A stretch of 64,000 nucleotides of DNA. Source: Prorocentrum cordatum. Its lineage: Eukaryota. Every line of letters begins with the position of its first letter. Position 1 is the stretch's first letter. Below, piece after piece: positions 1 to 64,000 of this stretch. The notes under the pieces are model-generated. The model saw nothing but the letters and a program-made list of their open reading frames with translations. It ran no database searches and had not been told where the DNA came from. The stretch spans positions 62,001 to 126,000 of the forward strand of contig CAUYUJ010000070.1 of the NCBI GenBank assembly GCA_963575745.1, given 5' to 3'. The position numbers and the translations under genes were made by a program.

Positions 1-124
1 GACCACTTTAGGCTCGGGAGGGGCTCGGCGTTTCGCGTCGTTCCTCGGAATCCGTTCGTGGCCGAGGCTCGCCGTGGCCACAGATGCCCGTTTGCTCCTC
101 ACTCGGCGTTCTCTATGGTAGCAG

Positions 125-63729
<63,605 letters not shown>

Positions 63730-64000
63730 GAGCGGGGGCCCAGGGCACTGGGTCCGAGTGGGCTCAGGGGGCGGCACCCGTCTCCTCTCAACGACGGCAG
63801 CGTAAGCTTTCGCCCTCGGTGCGATCGAAGCGGGTACGGAAAGATTGGGGTTGCGAGGGCGTGCTTTCTCCTTCCTCCCCAGCGACATGAGCGCACACTG
63901 TTCGAGGTCTGCGCGGATCCCTGGGGCCTGCGCTGGGCCGACCCGGCGGCGCCTCCGGCGCCGCCCCTGGCGCGCTCCTCGCGCCACGGAGGGGGGCCAG

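Overview
Eukaryotic, GC-rich, repeat-saturated window. The GC and GA splice donors and tiny exons point to a dinoflagellate, probably Prorocentrum-like (inference). Almost all ORFs in the supplied track are artefacts of triplet microsatellites (GAG, CTA, GTT, GAT, GTC) and degenerate satellites. Three layers are visible by eye. (1) One + strand gene candidate crosses the whole window as 20 phase-compatible micro-exons (11-86 nt, 784 nt in total, about 261 aa, no stop codons), encoding an unidentified hydrophobic, probably membrane, protein. (2) A decayed non-LTR retrotransposon at about 52.5-55.6 kb has RT motifs, zinc fingers and an unusual extra ORF 3' of the RT. It is interrupted by MITEs and apparently by an 11-nt host micro-exon. 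(3) Many nested families of short palindromic or MITE-like elements, minisatellites and microsatellites fill the introns. I found no rRNA, tRNA or CRISPR array. All calls come from manual reading, with no alignments or searches.
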